This document shows, piece after piece, positions 8,408 to 16,846 of a stretch of DNA of 50,699 nucleotides (positions are counted from its first letter, which is position 1; every line of letters starts with the position of its first letter). The notes under the pieces were generated by a model. That model was not told the DNA's origin, made no database searches, and saw only the letters and a program-made list of their open reading frames with translations. The DNA is from a phage, in the sequence record PZ150740.1; one strand, 5' to 3'. The translations under genes were made by a program, and so were the position numbers.

Positions 8408-8560
8408 ATGGTTACTCTGATTACCTGGGAACACGAAAACAGCCAGCCGGAAGCGCGCGAATTTGAAACCGTAGCCGCTTGTTACAACCTGGCGAAAAAT
8501 GGCGGATTCTACAAGGCGCAAATCGTTAACGAGTTTGGAGTTGTTGACTATGAGTTCTAA
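8408..8560 (+). CDS. small protein (50 aa, below ORF-track cutoff)
   Basis: Hand-translated MVTLITWEHENSQPEAREF...; preceded by box unit and RBS TGAGGA. Confidence 0.4.
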   Translation: MVTLITWEHENSQPEAREFETVAACYNLAKNGGFYKAQIVNEFGVVDYEF

Positions 8561-8837
8561 GTTTTACAGCTACACCGACACAGTGGATTTTGAGGGGATA
8601 CAATTGCCCCTCCCGAATATATACCGCTATATCACTCGTGACGAACGCGGATTTATTGAAGCCTGGCGCGCGAAGCCAGTGCGGGATCTTGAATTTGGTG
8701 GCTTCCGATCCCTTGAAGGTGAATTGCCGATCTGCTTTGGTCATCAAAGCGGTAAAAACCTTCCTGTTGTTGAGCGTCAGTATCGCCGCCACAAGATTAC
8801 AAGGCAACTTATCTCTTTAACTGGAAAAGTTGTTTAA
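8550..8837 (+). CDS. hypothetical protein (start adjusted to MSSKFYS)
   Basis: ORF track frame; stop TAA inside box 8836-8856. Confidence 0.5.
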   Translation: MSSKFYSYTDTVDFEGIQLPLPNIYRYITRDERGFIEAWRAKPVRDLEFGGFRSLEGELPICFGHQSGKNLPVVERQYRRHKITRQLISLTGKVV

Positions 8838-8880
8838 TAGCACTTTTTGTTAAAAACGATGTGCGCCTGAATGGTATATT
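8836..8880 (+). promoter_or_regulatory. box promoter unit (-10-like TATATT)
   Basis: Box with 1 mismatch; leader ACATCCATCGACAACAAA. Confidence 0.55.
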
Positions 8881-8911
8881 ACATCCATCGACAACAAACG
8901 AGGATTTAAAG

Positions 8912-9109
8912 ATGGAAAATCAAGTTGATGTTAAAGTAATTATTCGCGACAAGTCTCACGAAAAAGGCTTATTCAAGAAAGGCACTGAAATTACCATCGA
9001 TCTTGATGATATGGTTGCTTACCATTCAGGCTTGGAATGGAAGGTTGTTAAGGTTAACGAATATCATTTCAAGTTGGCTGGCTTTGAAACCGTAATGGAG
9101 ATCATTTAA
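8912..9109 (+). CDS. hypothetical protein (start adjusted to MENQVDV)
   Basis: ORF track frame; RBS GAGGA before ATG. Confidence 0.5.
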   Translation: MENQVDVKVIIRDKSHEKGLFKKGTEITIDLDDMVAYHSGLEWKVVKVNEYHFKLAGFETVMEII

Positions 9110-9321
9110 TGGCAAAGCAATTAAAACTTAAATGCGTAGAAACTTATAACTCAACTTGGAGATTTACGCGCGGAAAAGAATATCGACTAATGGGAAATCT
9201 CAAAGAAGATCCCCATGTAATTTCAGACAATGGTCTTCACCTTTATTTAATGGAATACAACGATGGCTATATTGGCGCTGGTGTTCCAGGCCATAAATTT
9301 AAGATGAAAAATAAGAAATGA
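9109..9321 (+). CDS. hypothetical protein
   Basis: ORF track; TAATG overlap with upstream gene. Confidence 0.5.
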   Translation: MAKQLKLKCVETYNSTWRFTRGKEYRLMGNLKEDPHVISDNGLHLYLMEYNDGYIGAGVPGHKFKMKNKK

Positions 9322-9429
9322 TGCTATTTATTTTCAAAAATGCCTGGATGGTGGCTGTTGCAAATGATCATTACGGCGGCGACGGAAAAAGAGCGCCACG
9401 TCATTCATATTTCAATTGAGGATATTTAA

Positions 9430-9657
9430 ATGAAAGCAAAAGTTTTAAACATTATGGCAACTATTGACGCTCATCACCGCGTTGCTGTAAAACTTGATAA
9501 GTCTTGCGGAATTAGCCAAATCACTATCACCGAGGGCAAAGGCGGCTATCTTATTGGTATCCATCCAGGCGGTAAGGTGCGCAAATACAATAAAGATCAG
9601 GTAAAAGAATTACTGGAAGAAAACGCTTTCTATATTCAAAGTTGGCGCGCTCTTTAA
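9430..9657 (+). CDS. hypothetical protein
   Basis: ORF track; followed by terminator. Confidence 0.5.
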   Translation: MKAKVLNIMATIDAHHRVAVKLDKSCGISQITITEGKGGYLIGIHPGGKVRKYNKDQVKELLEENAFYIQSWRAL

Positions 9658-9664
9658 TTAATCT

Positions 9665-9685
9665 GGCGGCGTTTTGCCGCCTTTT
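9665..9685 (+). terminator. rho-independent terminator
   Basis: GGCGGC-gtttt-GCCGCC hairpin followed by TTTT. Confidence 0.5.
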
Positions 9686-9699
9686 AAATGAGGTGGAAA

Positions 9700-9816
9700 A
9701 TGATAGATAAAGCTATTGATTTCTTTTTTTATTCGATTATTGGTGCGGTTGGCTTTTTGGTTACTGCTGCTGGCCTGGCTATTATCTTAGCTGTTATTAA
9801 GGGGATTATGCGATGA
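9700..9816 (+). CDS. small single-TM peptide (38 aa, not in ORF track)
   Basis: RBS GAGGTGG then ATG; hydrophobic core IIGAVGFLVTAAGLAIILAVI. Confidence 0.35.
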   Translation: MIDKAIDFFFYSIIGAVGFLVTAAGLAIILAVIKGIMR

Positions 9817-9977
9817 GTCAAGACGGATTTTTTGAACGCCTTCAAATGGCAGAAGATGCCGGACTAAATAAAGAGGCGGCGCTTGAGGTGGCATATAAAA
9901 TTAAGACTCTTGATGAGGCTTTAGGTGATATGGATATGGATCTGAATCAAGCGCAATATTTGCAGATCCCACTATGA
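9813..9977 (+). CDS. small acidic protein (54 aa, not in ORF track)
   Basis: ATGA overlap with upstream ORF; hand-translated MSQDGFFERLQ... Confidence 0.35.
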   Translation: MSQDGFFERLQMAEDAGLNKEAALEVAYKIKTLDEALGDMDMDLNQAQYLQIPL

Positions 9978-10171
9978 TTGTTAATGATTGTGGATGCGAT
10001 TTCGATCCTGGTTGTGCGCGCTGTTTTCCGTTTTGAGGTAATTACGATGTATAAAGGTTTAATATTCTCCCTATTGATGGATCTGGTAAAGCCGTTAAAG
10101 ATTGGGCTGATAATGGCTATAAGTGCATTTGCTTTAATGCTGACGGCGGCGATCACGGTGATTACCAGTCA

Positions 10172-10756
10172 GTGCGCATACAGCATGAGAATATCGAATA
10201 CGTTAACGTCTGGATTGATGAAAGATTTTACCACCGCGCGCGCTGGGAGGAATGGGGCATTCCTGACTTTATTATGGCATTTCCACCATGCACCGACCTT
10301 GCAAATAGCGGATCTCGCCATTGGGCCAAAAAACGCCTTGAGAATCCATCGTTCCAGGATGAGGCCGCCGACACTTGCAGGATCGCGGCTGATATAGCTG
10401 ATTATTTCGGTGTTCCTTACATGATCGAAAATCCGGTTGGCAAGTTGTCAACGTTATGGCGAAAGCCTGATTATACGTTCCATCCGTGCGATTACGCTGG
10501 CTATCTGCCGGAAGATGATAAACATCCCGACTTCCCTGATATTATTCCGGCGCGGGATCGCTACTTTAAGAAAACGTGCCTCTGGACTGGCAACGGCTTT
10601 GTTATTCCTCCACGCGCTTTAATCCTGCCGAAAGAGGAAGACAAAGATAATCCAGGCTGGGCCAAAACTGGCGGCAAGTCATCGCGCACAAAGATGATCC
10701 GCTCCCTCACTCCGCGCGGATTTGCTCGCGCCGTCTTTGAGTCAAACTCAAAATAG
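10172..10756 (+). CDS. cytosine-C5 methyltransferase-like protein (catalytic core; N-terminus uncertain, frame open from 10055)
   Basis: FPPC (PC-motif-like), ENP(V)G (ENV-like), PARDRYF and GNGFV motifs in C5-MTase order; no ATG for motif-I region. Confidence 0.4.
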   Translation: MRIQHENIEYVNVWIDERFYHRARWEEWGIPDFIMAFPPCTDLANSGSRHWAKKRLENPSFQDEAADTCRIAADIADYFGVPYMIENPVGKLSTLWRKPDYTFHPCDYAGYLPEDDKHPDFPDIIPARDRYFKKTCLWTGNGFVIPPRALILPKEEDKDNPGWAKTGGKSSRTKMIRSLTPRGFARAVFESNSK

Positions 10757-10796
10757 CACTTTTTGTTAAAAGCCAGGTGTAAAAACCTGGCATAAT
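10752..10796 (+). promoter_or_regulatory. box promoter unit (-10-like CATAAT)
   Basis: Box with 1 mismatch; spacer palindrome GCCAGG-tgtaaaaa-CCTGGC. Confidence 0.55.
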
Positions 10797-10825
10797 CACA
10801 TCGAACAAACAAAGGAGATCTGATC

Positions 10826-11026
10826 ATGAATGTTATCTGTAATGAAACCAACGTATTGATGAAAGGCCGTTTTAAAACGGTTTATCAGAAGATTGCAGGA
10901 AGTAATGATGTGATCGAGGTGGAAGAATTCAGGTTAAGACGCTTGTTAAGGGTAGCCGCTGGCTTCCAGCAAACCGAGATGATTACCGCGCCATTAACAC
11001 AAAAACCGTTCTTTGCACGTTTGTAG
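10826..11026 (+). CDS. hypothetical protein
   Basis: ORF track; box unit 10752-10796 upstream. Confidence 0.5.
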   Translation: MNVICNETNVLMKGRFKTVYQKIAGSNDVIEVEEFRLRRLLRVAAGFQQTEMITAPLTQKPFFARL

Positions 11027-11034
11027 ATCATAAC

Positions 11035-11211
11035 ATGCCGTGCAAAAAGCACTTTAAGCAGGGCAAGCGATACCGAATCGAGAAAGGGCGACCGCTTGGA
11101 AGCGTTGCGGGTTATGTTTTTGATGAGTGCGGCGACCGCTGGAACCTGTACCGTGAAGAGGTCGGATTCTCTGCTGGCGGCTGTTATCTGTTTGAGGGTA
11201 AATATCTGTGA
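11035..11211 (+). CDS. small Cys-containing protein (58 aa, not in ORF track)
   Basis: Hand-translated MPCKKHFKQGKRYRIEKGRPLG... Confidence 0.35.
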   Translation: MPCKKHFKQGKRYRIEKGRPLGSVAGYVFDECGDRWNLYREEVGFSAGGCYLFEGKYL

Positions 11212-11429
11212 TAAACAGTGAAAACCGTTACAAAGTAACGCATTCTACCACAAAGACTTTCAAGCCTGGCGATATAGTCAGGCCCATCAAAAAAACGGCG
11301 GTAGGTTGGCTGATTGGTTTTTCATATCATAAGGCGCTTTACTTTACGTTTAAGGATGGGATTACAGGAGAATGCTACAGCGACCGCCAGCCTGATCGAC
11401 TTCTGGTTGCAATAGAGCGGATCAAATAG
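11208..11429 (+). CDS. hypothetical protein
   Basis: ORF track; stop TAG inside box 11425-11445. Confidence 0.45.
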   Translation: MINSENRYKVTHSTTKTFKPGDIVRPIKKTAVGWLIGFSYHKALYFTFKDGITGECYSDRQPDRLLVAIERIK

Positions 11430-11469
11430 CACTTTTTGACAAAACGGGGTAGTATTGGGCCGTTAAAAT
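11425..11469 (+). promoter_or_regulatory. box promoter unit variant (TTGACA inside box; -10-like TAAAAT)
   Basis: AATAGCACTTTTTGACAAAAC; hairpin GGGCCG/CGGCCC overlaps -10. Confidence 0.5.
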
Positions 11470-11497
11470 TTACGGCCCACAAAGGAGAAGCTAACGA

Positions 11498-13078
11498 ATG
11501 TTTTCATTAGAAACGAACAAATTAACTCCACAGCAAATAATCGCTATGGCTGAAAGCCAGAACCTTTCACCAGTTCGCGTATCAATTCAGGCTAACGGCT
11601 ATCGCCAGTCGTCCAGCTTTTGGGGCGACGTGAAGGATGTAAATAGCGGTCATGATCGCTACCCCGTTATTTCTCTTGGTAATGATATTGATGTTGTAGG
11701 CAAGTTATCACGCAGTATTGCGCGATCCGTTCAATTTCCTGAATCATCGGCTTACATGCACTTTATCGGCTGCATTTCCGCCGCTATGCTTGGACGCTTT
11801 ACGGTTGACTATCACGGAACCGATCAGCCGACTGCGCTTTACGTGGTTACAAGCCAGCCGCCGTCAACTGGTAAATCTGCGATCAACAGTATGGCTATTG
11901 CTCCGATGATTGCGGAAGTTGAGAAGATCAACGAGCAACGCCGCAAGGAAAGAAAGAAAATACAGGCAAAGTTGGCAGGTCTTGCAAAGGAGATGAAAAG
12001 CGAAAGATCCGGCGCTGATATGGAATCTCTATACCAGGAAAAAGAGGATCTGGAGGAGAAGCTGGAAAAGATGTGTGATATAACTTTCCCTGTTTCAGAT
12101 ACAACTCCAGAAGGCTTGGCGAAAATCAACAACAAGCAAGGTAACTTTGCCGTAATATCTGACGAAGCAACAAGTATTAATAGCCTGTTAGGCTTGACCT
12201 ATGCAAATAGCGAAAGGAAGACTAACAGTGAGCTAGTGCTTAAGGCGTGGGATAATGGTCACGTATCAATTGCCCGTGCTAATGCTGACAATAATATGAG
12301 TTTTCGCGCGCTTGGATGCATGAGCGTTATAGCACAGGATGAAACGATAAGCGGTATCATGGACGCTGGATCGCGCGGTATCGGTGTGAGTGAGCGCTTT
12401 TTGTTGGTCCGCGAAGAATCATTCTTAGGCCGTCGCTCATTCATTGATGAAAATGGTGATTCTACCTATGAGGCGGTGGATTCTGAATTGAAAGCCCAAT
12501 ATTATCAATTGGTGCATAACATCATGAGCGAATCAAATATATCGCTGAAAATAAGCCGCTCAGCTATGCGAGTGCTCAACATTGCTCGTCAGGATATGGA
12601 ACCGCATCTTGCAGACGGCGGAAAGTATTCTCATACAATGTTACGCGGTGCGCTGGGTAAAATGGATAAACAGGTGATCAGGCTTGCTTCCGTCCTGCAT
12701 GTTATCCGTAACTGGTTTAATCCTGCCGGATACCCGCAGAAGTCGAAAGAGATCGACGTGGAAACAATGCAAGAGGCGTTGATCATGTTTCAGGAATTGA
12801 GCAAAACATACATTAGCGCCGCCAATGCTTCTGGTTATGCTGGTGATGATGCTGAAATGGGTAAATTGATTGAATTGATCACGAGGCACGGCAAGGCTAA
12901 CAAAGGGATTCTGAATATTCGCGCCCTGTACGAATCAGCGAGAAAGGTAAAACCTTTCGTTGGTCAGGCTGGCGTAATGAAGAGGATAGAGGGGCACTTG
13001 CTGCCAATGCTGGAAGAAAGAAATTATGTTTGTGTGATTAATGGTGTTATTTTTGTCAATCCAATACTGCTGGGATGA
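11498..13078 (+). CDS. large early protein, possible replication-associated ATPase
   Basis: 526 aa; deviant P-loop-like PPSTGKS; placement in early right block; family assignment uncertain. Confidence 0.35.
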   Translation: MFSLETNKLTPQQIIAMAESQNLSPVRVSIQANGYRQSSSFWGDVKDVNSGHDRYPVISLGNDIDVVGKLSRSIARSVQFPESSAYMHFIGCISAAMLGRFTVDYHGTDQPTALYVVTSQPPSTGKSAINSMAIAPMIAEVEKINEQRRKERKKIQAKLAGLAKEMKSERSGADMESLYQEKEDLEEKLEKMCDITFPVSDTTPEGLAKINNKQGNFAVISDEATSINSLLGLTYANSERKTNSELVLKAWDNGHVSIARANADNNMSFRALGCMSVIAQDETISGIMDAGSRGIGVSERFLLVREESFLGRRSFIDENGDSTYEAVDSELKAQYYQLVHNIMSESNISLKISRSAMRVLNIARQDMEPHLADGGKYSHTMLRGALGKMDKQVIRLASVLHVIRNWFNPAGYPQKSKEIDVETMQEALIMFQELSKTYISAANASGYAGDDAEMGKLIELITRHGKANKGILNIRALYESARKVKPFVGQAGVMKRIEGHLLPMLEERNYVCVINGVIFVNPILLG

Positions 13079-13470
13079 TTATGTTTTTGCTTGATCTGTA
13101 TAAATGGTGTGAGTCATACGACTGGTTTAACAGGCAGCACATAGCCAAATTTATCTATCAGCATAGAGAATGTGAGCGGCTCGCACGGGCCGCCGGACTT
13201 ACGCCGCGAATGTTCGCCAGCCTTGCATCTAAGGAATTTTGCGCAAGAATGATGACGGCTGGTTATATAGATGGGGTCTGCGGAAAATACTGGTCCAAAG
13301 GATCGTCAAAGCGGCCTTTCGGATTCGAATTGTATAGCCTGGATGGTATGCGCAACGACTGGATCAGGGATATGGCGAGAATAGGGGAGATGGGCGATGA
13401 TGAATTGTTCCAGGCAAAAGCTGATAGACAAGATCTTGAAGCACTGCGCCGTAAATTCAATATCACATGA
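13075..13470 (+). CDS. hypothetical protein
   Basis: ORF track; ATGA overlap with upstream gene. Confidence 0.5.
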   Translation: MIMFLLDLYKWCESYDWFNRQHIAKFIYQHRECERLARAAGLTPRMFASLASKEFCARMMTAGYIDGVCGKYWSKGSSKRPFGFELYSLDGMRNDWIRDMARIGEMGDDELFQAKADRQDLEALRRKFNIT

Positions 13471-13586
13471 GGATTTTATTCATGCTTTACTTACGCTACT
13501 TTATTCAGATATGCGCGCTTTTAGCACCACTGAACATGTTTTATGCAATGATGATGGTGTATTACTGGTTACGGTAAAGCGTATGG

Positions 13587-13631
13587 AATAGCATTTTTTG
13601 TTAAAACGCCCGGCCTAGTGTCGGGTATATT
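13587..13631 (+). promoter_or_regulatory. box promoter unit (-10-like TATATT)
   Basis: Box with 1 mismatch; 40-bp near-identity to unit at 16802-16846 on the opposite strand. Confidence 0.55.
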
Positions 13632-13667
13632 TGTTTCATCGAAACGAAACAACCAAAAGGTAAAATT

Positions 13668-13892
13668 ATGTCCAGCAAGTTTTTAGTAGTTCGCGTATAT
13701 AATCATGACAACGGATCTTCTGCTGAAATCCCAACAATTTACGACAGGGATTTTGGATGGAGTGAGCAATCGGCGGTTGAAAATGAGCGCAAGATTGCAG
13801 AACTGTACGGCGACACTTGCAGCATTGAAGTAAGGCAGTACGACGAATCGAACAAGCCAACAAACGAAACTCATATGTGGCCCGACGCATAA
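13668..13892 (+). CDS. hypothetical protein
   Basis: ORF track; box unit 13587-13631 upstream; terminator downstream. Confidence 0.5.
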   Translation: MSSKFLVVRVYNHDNGSSAEIPTIYDRDFGWSEQSAVENERKIAELYGDTCSIEVRQYDESNKPTNETHMWPDA

Positions 13893-13898
13893 AAATAA

Positions 13899-13926
13899 AG
13901 GAGGCATTAAGCCTCCTTTTTCTTTT
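13899..13926. terminator. rho-independent terminator (plus strand), overlapping 3' end of spanin gene
   Basis: AGGAGGC-attaa-GCCTCCT followed by TTTTTCTTTT. Confidence 0.5.
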
Positions 13927-14302
13927 CTCTCCAGTAAAGACAAATCAGCACAATTAACACAACCACGCATATGATTACTGGATCGTACCATCTGCCGTTA
14001 TTACCCTGCACGACCTGAATTTTGTCTGCCTTGATGGTATTGGCCTGAATGGTTGATGTTGTGAAATCCTTCTTGCTGGACGTGTCCACCTTGTCAACCG
14101 CAGATTCCTTTATTGTGGTTTCCTGTTTTGTGCTGGCGTCCTGCTTTGCTGTAATGCCAACTGTCTGCTTCACGTTCTCCGCGCCAGCCTGTGCTGTGAT
14201 TTCCGGCTTACTGCCGATTAATCCGGTCAGTGGCGTAACGCTTGAACATCCAGACAAGATCACCGCCATTGCGATTGGTGTAAGTAAAAATTTCTTCATC
14301 AT
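13907..14302 (-). CDS. unimolecular spanin (u-spanin)
   Basis: N-terminal lipoprotein signal (ILSGCSS) plus C-terminal TMD (VIICVVVLIVLICLYW); immediately downstream of endolysin. Confidence 0.6.
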   Translation of the reverse strand: MMKKFLLTPIAMAVILSGCSSVTPLTGLIGSKPEITAQAGAENVKQTVGITAKQDASTKQETTIKESAVDKVDTSSKKDFTTSTIQANTIKADKIQVVQGNNGRWYDPVIICVVVLIVLICLYWREKKKEA

Positions 14303-14303
14303 T

Positions 14304-14788
14304 TCAATCCATTGTGCAATATTTGTATTCGACCTTGCGCCTGTTAAGTAAGCCTTTAGACTTCTCGCGCTTTCCTGTTTTGGGGTTATGGTAATACGTC
14401 CAACGATAAAGCTGATCGCAAGCCTCGTTTAATTTCCCCTGGTTGATGAGTTTCAGCATTGTTGAATTTCTGAAAGCTCCAACTCCTGCATTATAAGTGA
14501 ATGAGTACATTGCTGCACGCATACTATCAGGAATGTCAACCTTAACTTGCTTGTCAACTTCTTTTTTAGCAACCTGGATATGTTTAGCCAACAAAGCATC
14601 ACACTCTTTTTAGTGTACGTTTTCCCCAGGATAACATCTGGTCCGGTTATTCCTGCGCAAACAGTCCATACTCCCGCAATATCTTTGTATGGCTTGTATC
14701 TTACCCCTTCGATCTCTTCAAGAAGTGGAGAAGTCAAGGCAACCGCAACGCCAAAGGCCGCAGCCGCTACCTTGTTCTTTATGCTCAT
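14304..14788 (-). CDS. SAR endolysin (lysozyme), reading frame interrupted by 1-nt frameshift near 14600-14612
   Basis: Two track ORFs in different frames; N-part has SAR-like TMD and [19 protein letters not shown]-part [17 protein letters not shown]; resembles P21-type lysozyme as recalled. Confidence 0.6.
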
Positions 14789-15003
14789 TACTTGCCCCTG
14801 ATTTCAATAGCTTTTTGAATATCACCTTTTTCGATCGCCTCGTGGAATTTTTTACTATCACGCCAGCGAAGGTAAGCGCCCCATGCACCGAATGCAGCCA
14901 TTAAAACAAAGCTGGCAATAGCAATGGTTAACTGCCCTGTAGCTGCGCTTGCGATAGATGAACCGCCAGATCCGGCGGTAGCTGCGTTAATAAAATCTTT
15001 CAT
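14788..15003 (-). CDS. holin (pinholin-like)
   Basis: 71 aa, two hydrophobic segments, Gly/Ala/Ser-rich first TMD; directly upstream of endolysin. Confidence 0.55.
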   Translation of the reverse strand: MKDFINAATAGSGGSSIASAATGQLTIAIASFVLMAAFGAWGAYLRWRDSKKFHEAIEKGDIQKAIEIRGK

Positions 15004-15147
15004 TTTTATTCTCCATATTAATTAAAGTCAATATATTGACCGAATGATAAACTTACATGGTAAAAAATTAAACAAAAAAAGAGGCGACAAACGCCGCCCC
15101 TTTGCAAGTTTTTGATTTAATTTGTCATTGATTTAAATAAAAATTCA

Positions 15148-16265
15148 TCAATTCATCATTTCTGGATAGTGAACAAATCGCCCCACTTCTCCATGCTCTT
15201 TGTCGTAAATGATAACCGCTGCACGGCGTCGAGATCTCCAGCCACCGCGCGCGGCGTATGCGTCTTTTGCCGCCAGGGTGCTATGCACCTCAACGATGCC
15301 AAGCGACGTTTCCGTCACAGTCTGGTGATGCCAGTGCCCTACGTGCGCATACATAGTTTTTGAGTTTCCGAAGTCCTCCCGCCAATCTGACGCGCACATC
15401 ATTAGCAAAGTCTCAGGTTTGCGCACTGTGTGCCCGTGATGGTACGCAAGGAAAGTTTTTCCGTATTGCGTGTGGTGAACAACGCGAGGAGAAACATCAA
15501 CGTAAACGCGCGGCTCGTTCTCATATGCTGCCGCCATTGCTGCGCGTAGCCAAATCATTCCTGATTGGTCGTGATTCCCCTCTACTACCTGGACCTCAAC
15601 ATGTTTATGCTTTAACAGCATTTTATTAATTGCGCGGCGCACTGCACGTATTGCAACGTAAACCAATTTTGCATATCGGCTATCTTGATCAAGTACGTGA
15701 CCGCTTGCAGGTGTCACCGCCTCCAGGCCGTCGCTATGCAGCATATCGCCACCAATCAGGATAACAGCCTTTTCGCTGTCCGGTGCGCACATCAAAGCAT
15801 AGTCGATAAAGTTATTCATAACGCGCTCTGCCGTCGCAGTATCCCAATTTTCGCCGCATTCGTGCTTATGGGCCATAGCGCCTAAGTGCATGTCAAAGAT
15901 CGGATACAATGAAAGCGTTTCATTATAGTTACGCTCCTGCAATGGAACTGGATCTAATCGCGGCACTTCCTCGCTAAATGCCTCCATTGCTGCGCGCATC
16001 AATGCCTCTAATTGCTCTTTATCCTTGCTGGTTTTTGTCCACTTGAGGATTATGTTGCCTTCTTTGTCAGTCATTACTGACTCACCATGAACACCAAAAC
16101 CAGGCGCTCCAATGGTCGATAACTGTCCTTGCTTTGCAAGACGCGCCGCGCGACGCTCGACGCTTCTCACATTCATTCCGTACTCTTGAGCGATCTGTTT
16201 ATATGTCTTACCTGCCGCCCGTTCGATCTTGAGTTGCTCATCTGTAATTTTTACATTTTTCATTC
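15148..16265 (-). CDS. calcineurin-like metallophosphoesterase with N-terminal HTH-like domain
   Basis: Motifs GGDMLHSDG, EGNHD, HHGH; N-terminal segment YKQIAQEYGMNVRSVERRAARL; start adjusted to MKNVKI. Confidence 0.6.
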
Positions 16266-16357
16266 TGCTACCTATCTCATTACTATATGGTACATAACTG
16301 TAACAGCGATGATAACGGGTAACGGTAGAACAAACAAGCGCCACATGATAACTATCC

Positions 16358-16600
16358 TCATTTATAATATTTGCGAGGCTCTCGGATTTTAGCCATTGCC
16401 TCTTTGAAATCAATTTTTGTTGGAACTGCTGGAACTCTCACCATTTTTCGCGGCCTTTCCTTGAGGAAAGTCATCTTATCGCCGCTAATTATGCTCACAT
16501 CTGCAATATCAAAGTATTGCGCGATCTTCTTTATATCGTCGGCTATTCCGCATTCTTTAGCGTGATTCCATACCGCATCTCTACCTTGCTCAACCTTCAT
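16358..16600 (-). CDS. hypothetical protein (start adjusted to MKVEQGR)
   Basis: ORF track frame. Confidence 0.45.
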   Translation of the reverse strand: MKVEQGRDAVWNHAKECGIADDIKKIAQYFDIADVSIISGDKMTFLKERPRKMVRVPAVPTKIDFKEAMAKIREPRKYYK

Positions 16601-16769
16601 GCTTATAATATGCCTCCGCTTGTTCAATTGGCGCGTGACCGTATGCAACTTTCAGTAAAAACATTGCGATGTCCCAATCAAACTGGAACCCTTCCTTTGA
16701 ACCGCCCTCTACTGAACCTTTTGCTACTTCTTGAGCAAGATTAAAAGCGCGTTTATCGAATACCACCAT
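16590..16769 (-). CDS. small protein (59 aa, not in ORF track)
   Basis: Hand-translated MVVFDKRAFNLAQEVAKGS...; RBS GAGGAAATAAAA; downstream of box unit. Confidence 0.4.
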   Translation of the reverse strand: MVVFDKRAFNLAQEVAKGSVEGGSKEGFQFDWDIAMFLLKVAYGHAPIEQAEAYYKHEG

Positions 16770-16801
16770 TTTTATTTCCTCATGTTTGCTTCGTTGAAAT
16801 A

Positions 16802-16846
16802 ATTATGCCCGACACTAGGCCGGGCGTTTTAACAAAAAATGCTATT
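16802..16846 (-). promoter_or_regulatory. box promoter unit (-10-like CATAAT)
   Basis: Box with 1 mismatch; near-identical to unit at 13587-13631. Confidence 0.55.

Noticed and set aside
13397-13591. Track ORF 13397-13591 as a confident gene
   Set aside because: It overlaps gene 13075-13470 by 74 nt; an alternative 38-aa hydrophobic ORF (about 13467-13583) in another frame is equally plausible, so I could not choose and left it out of the feature list.
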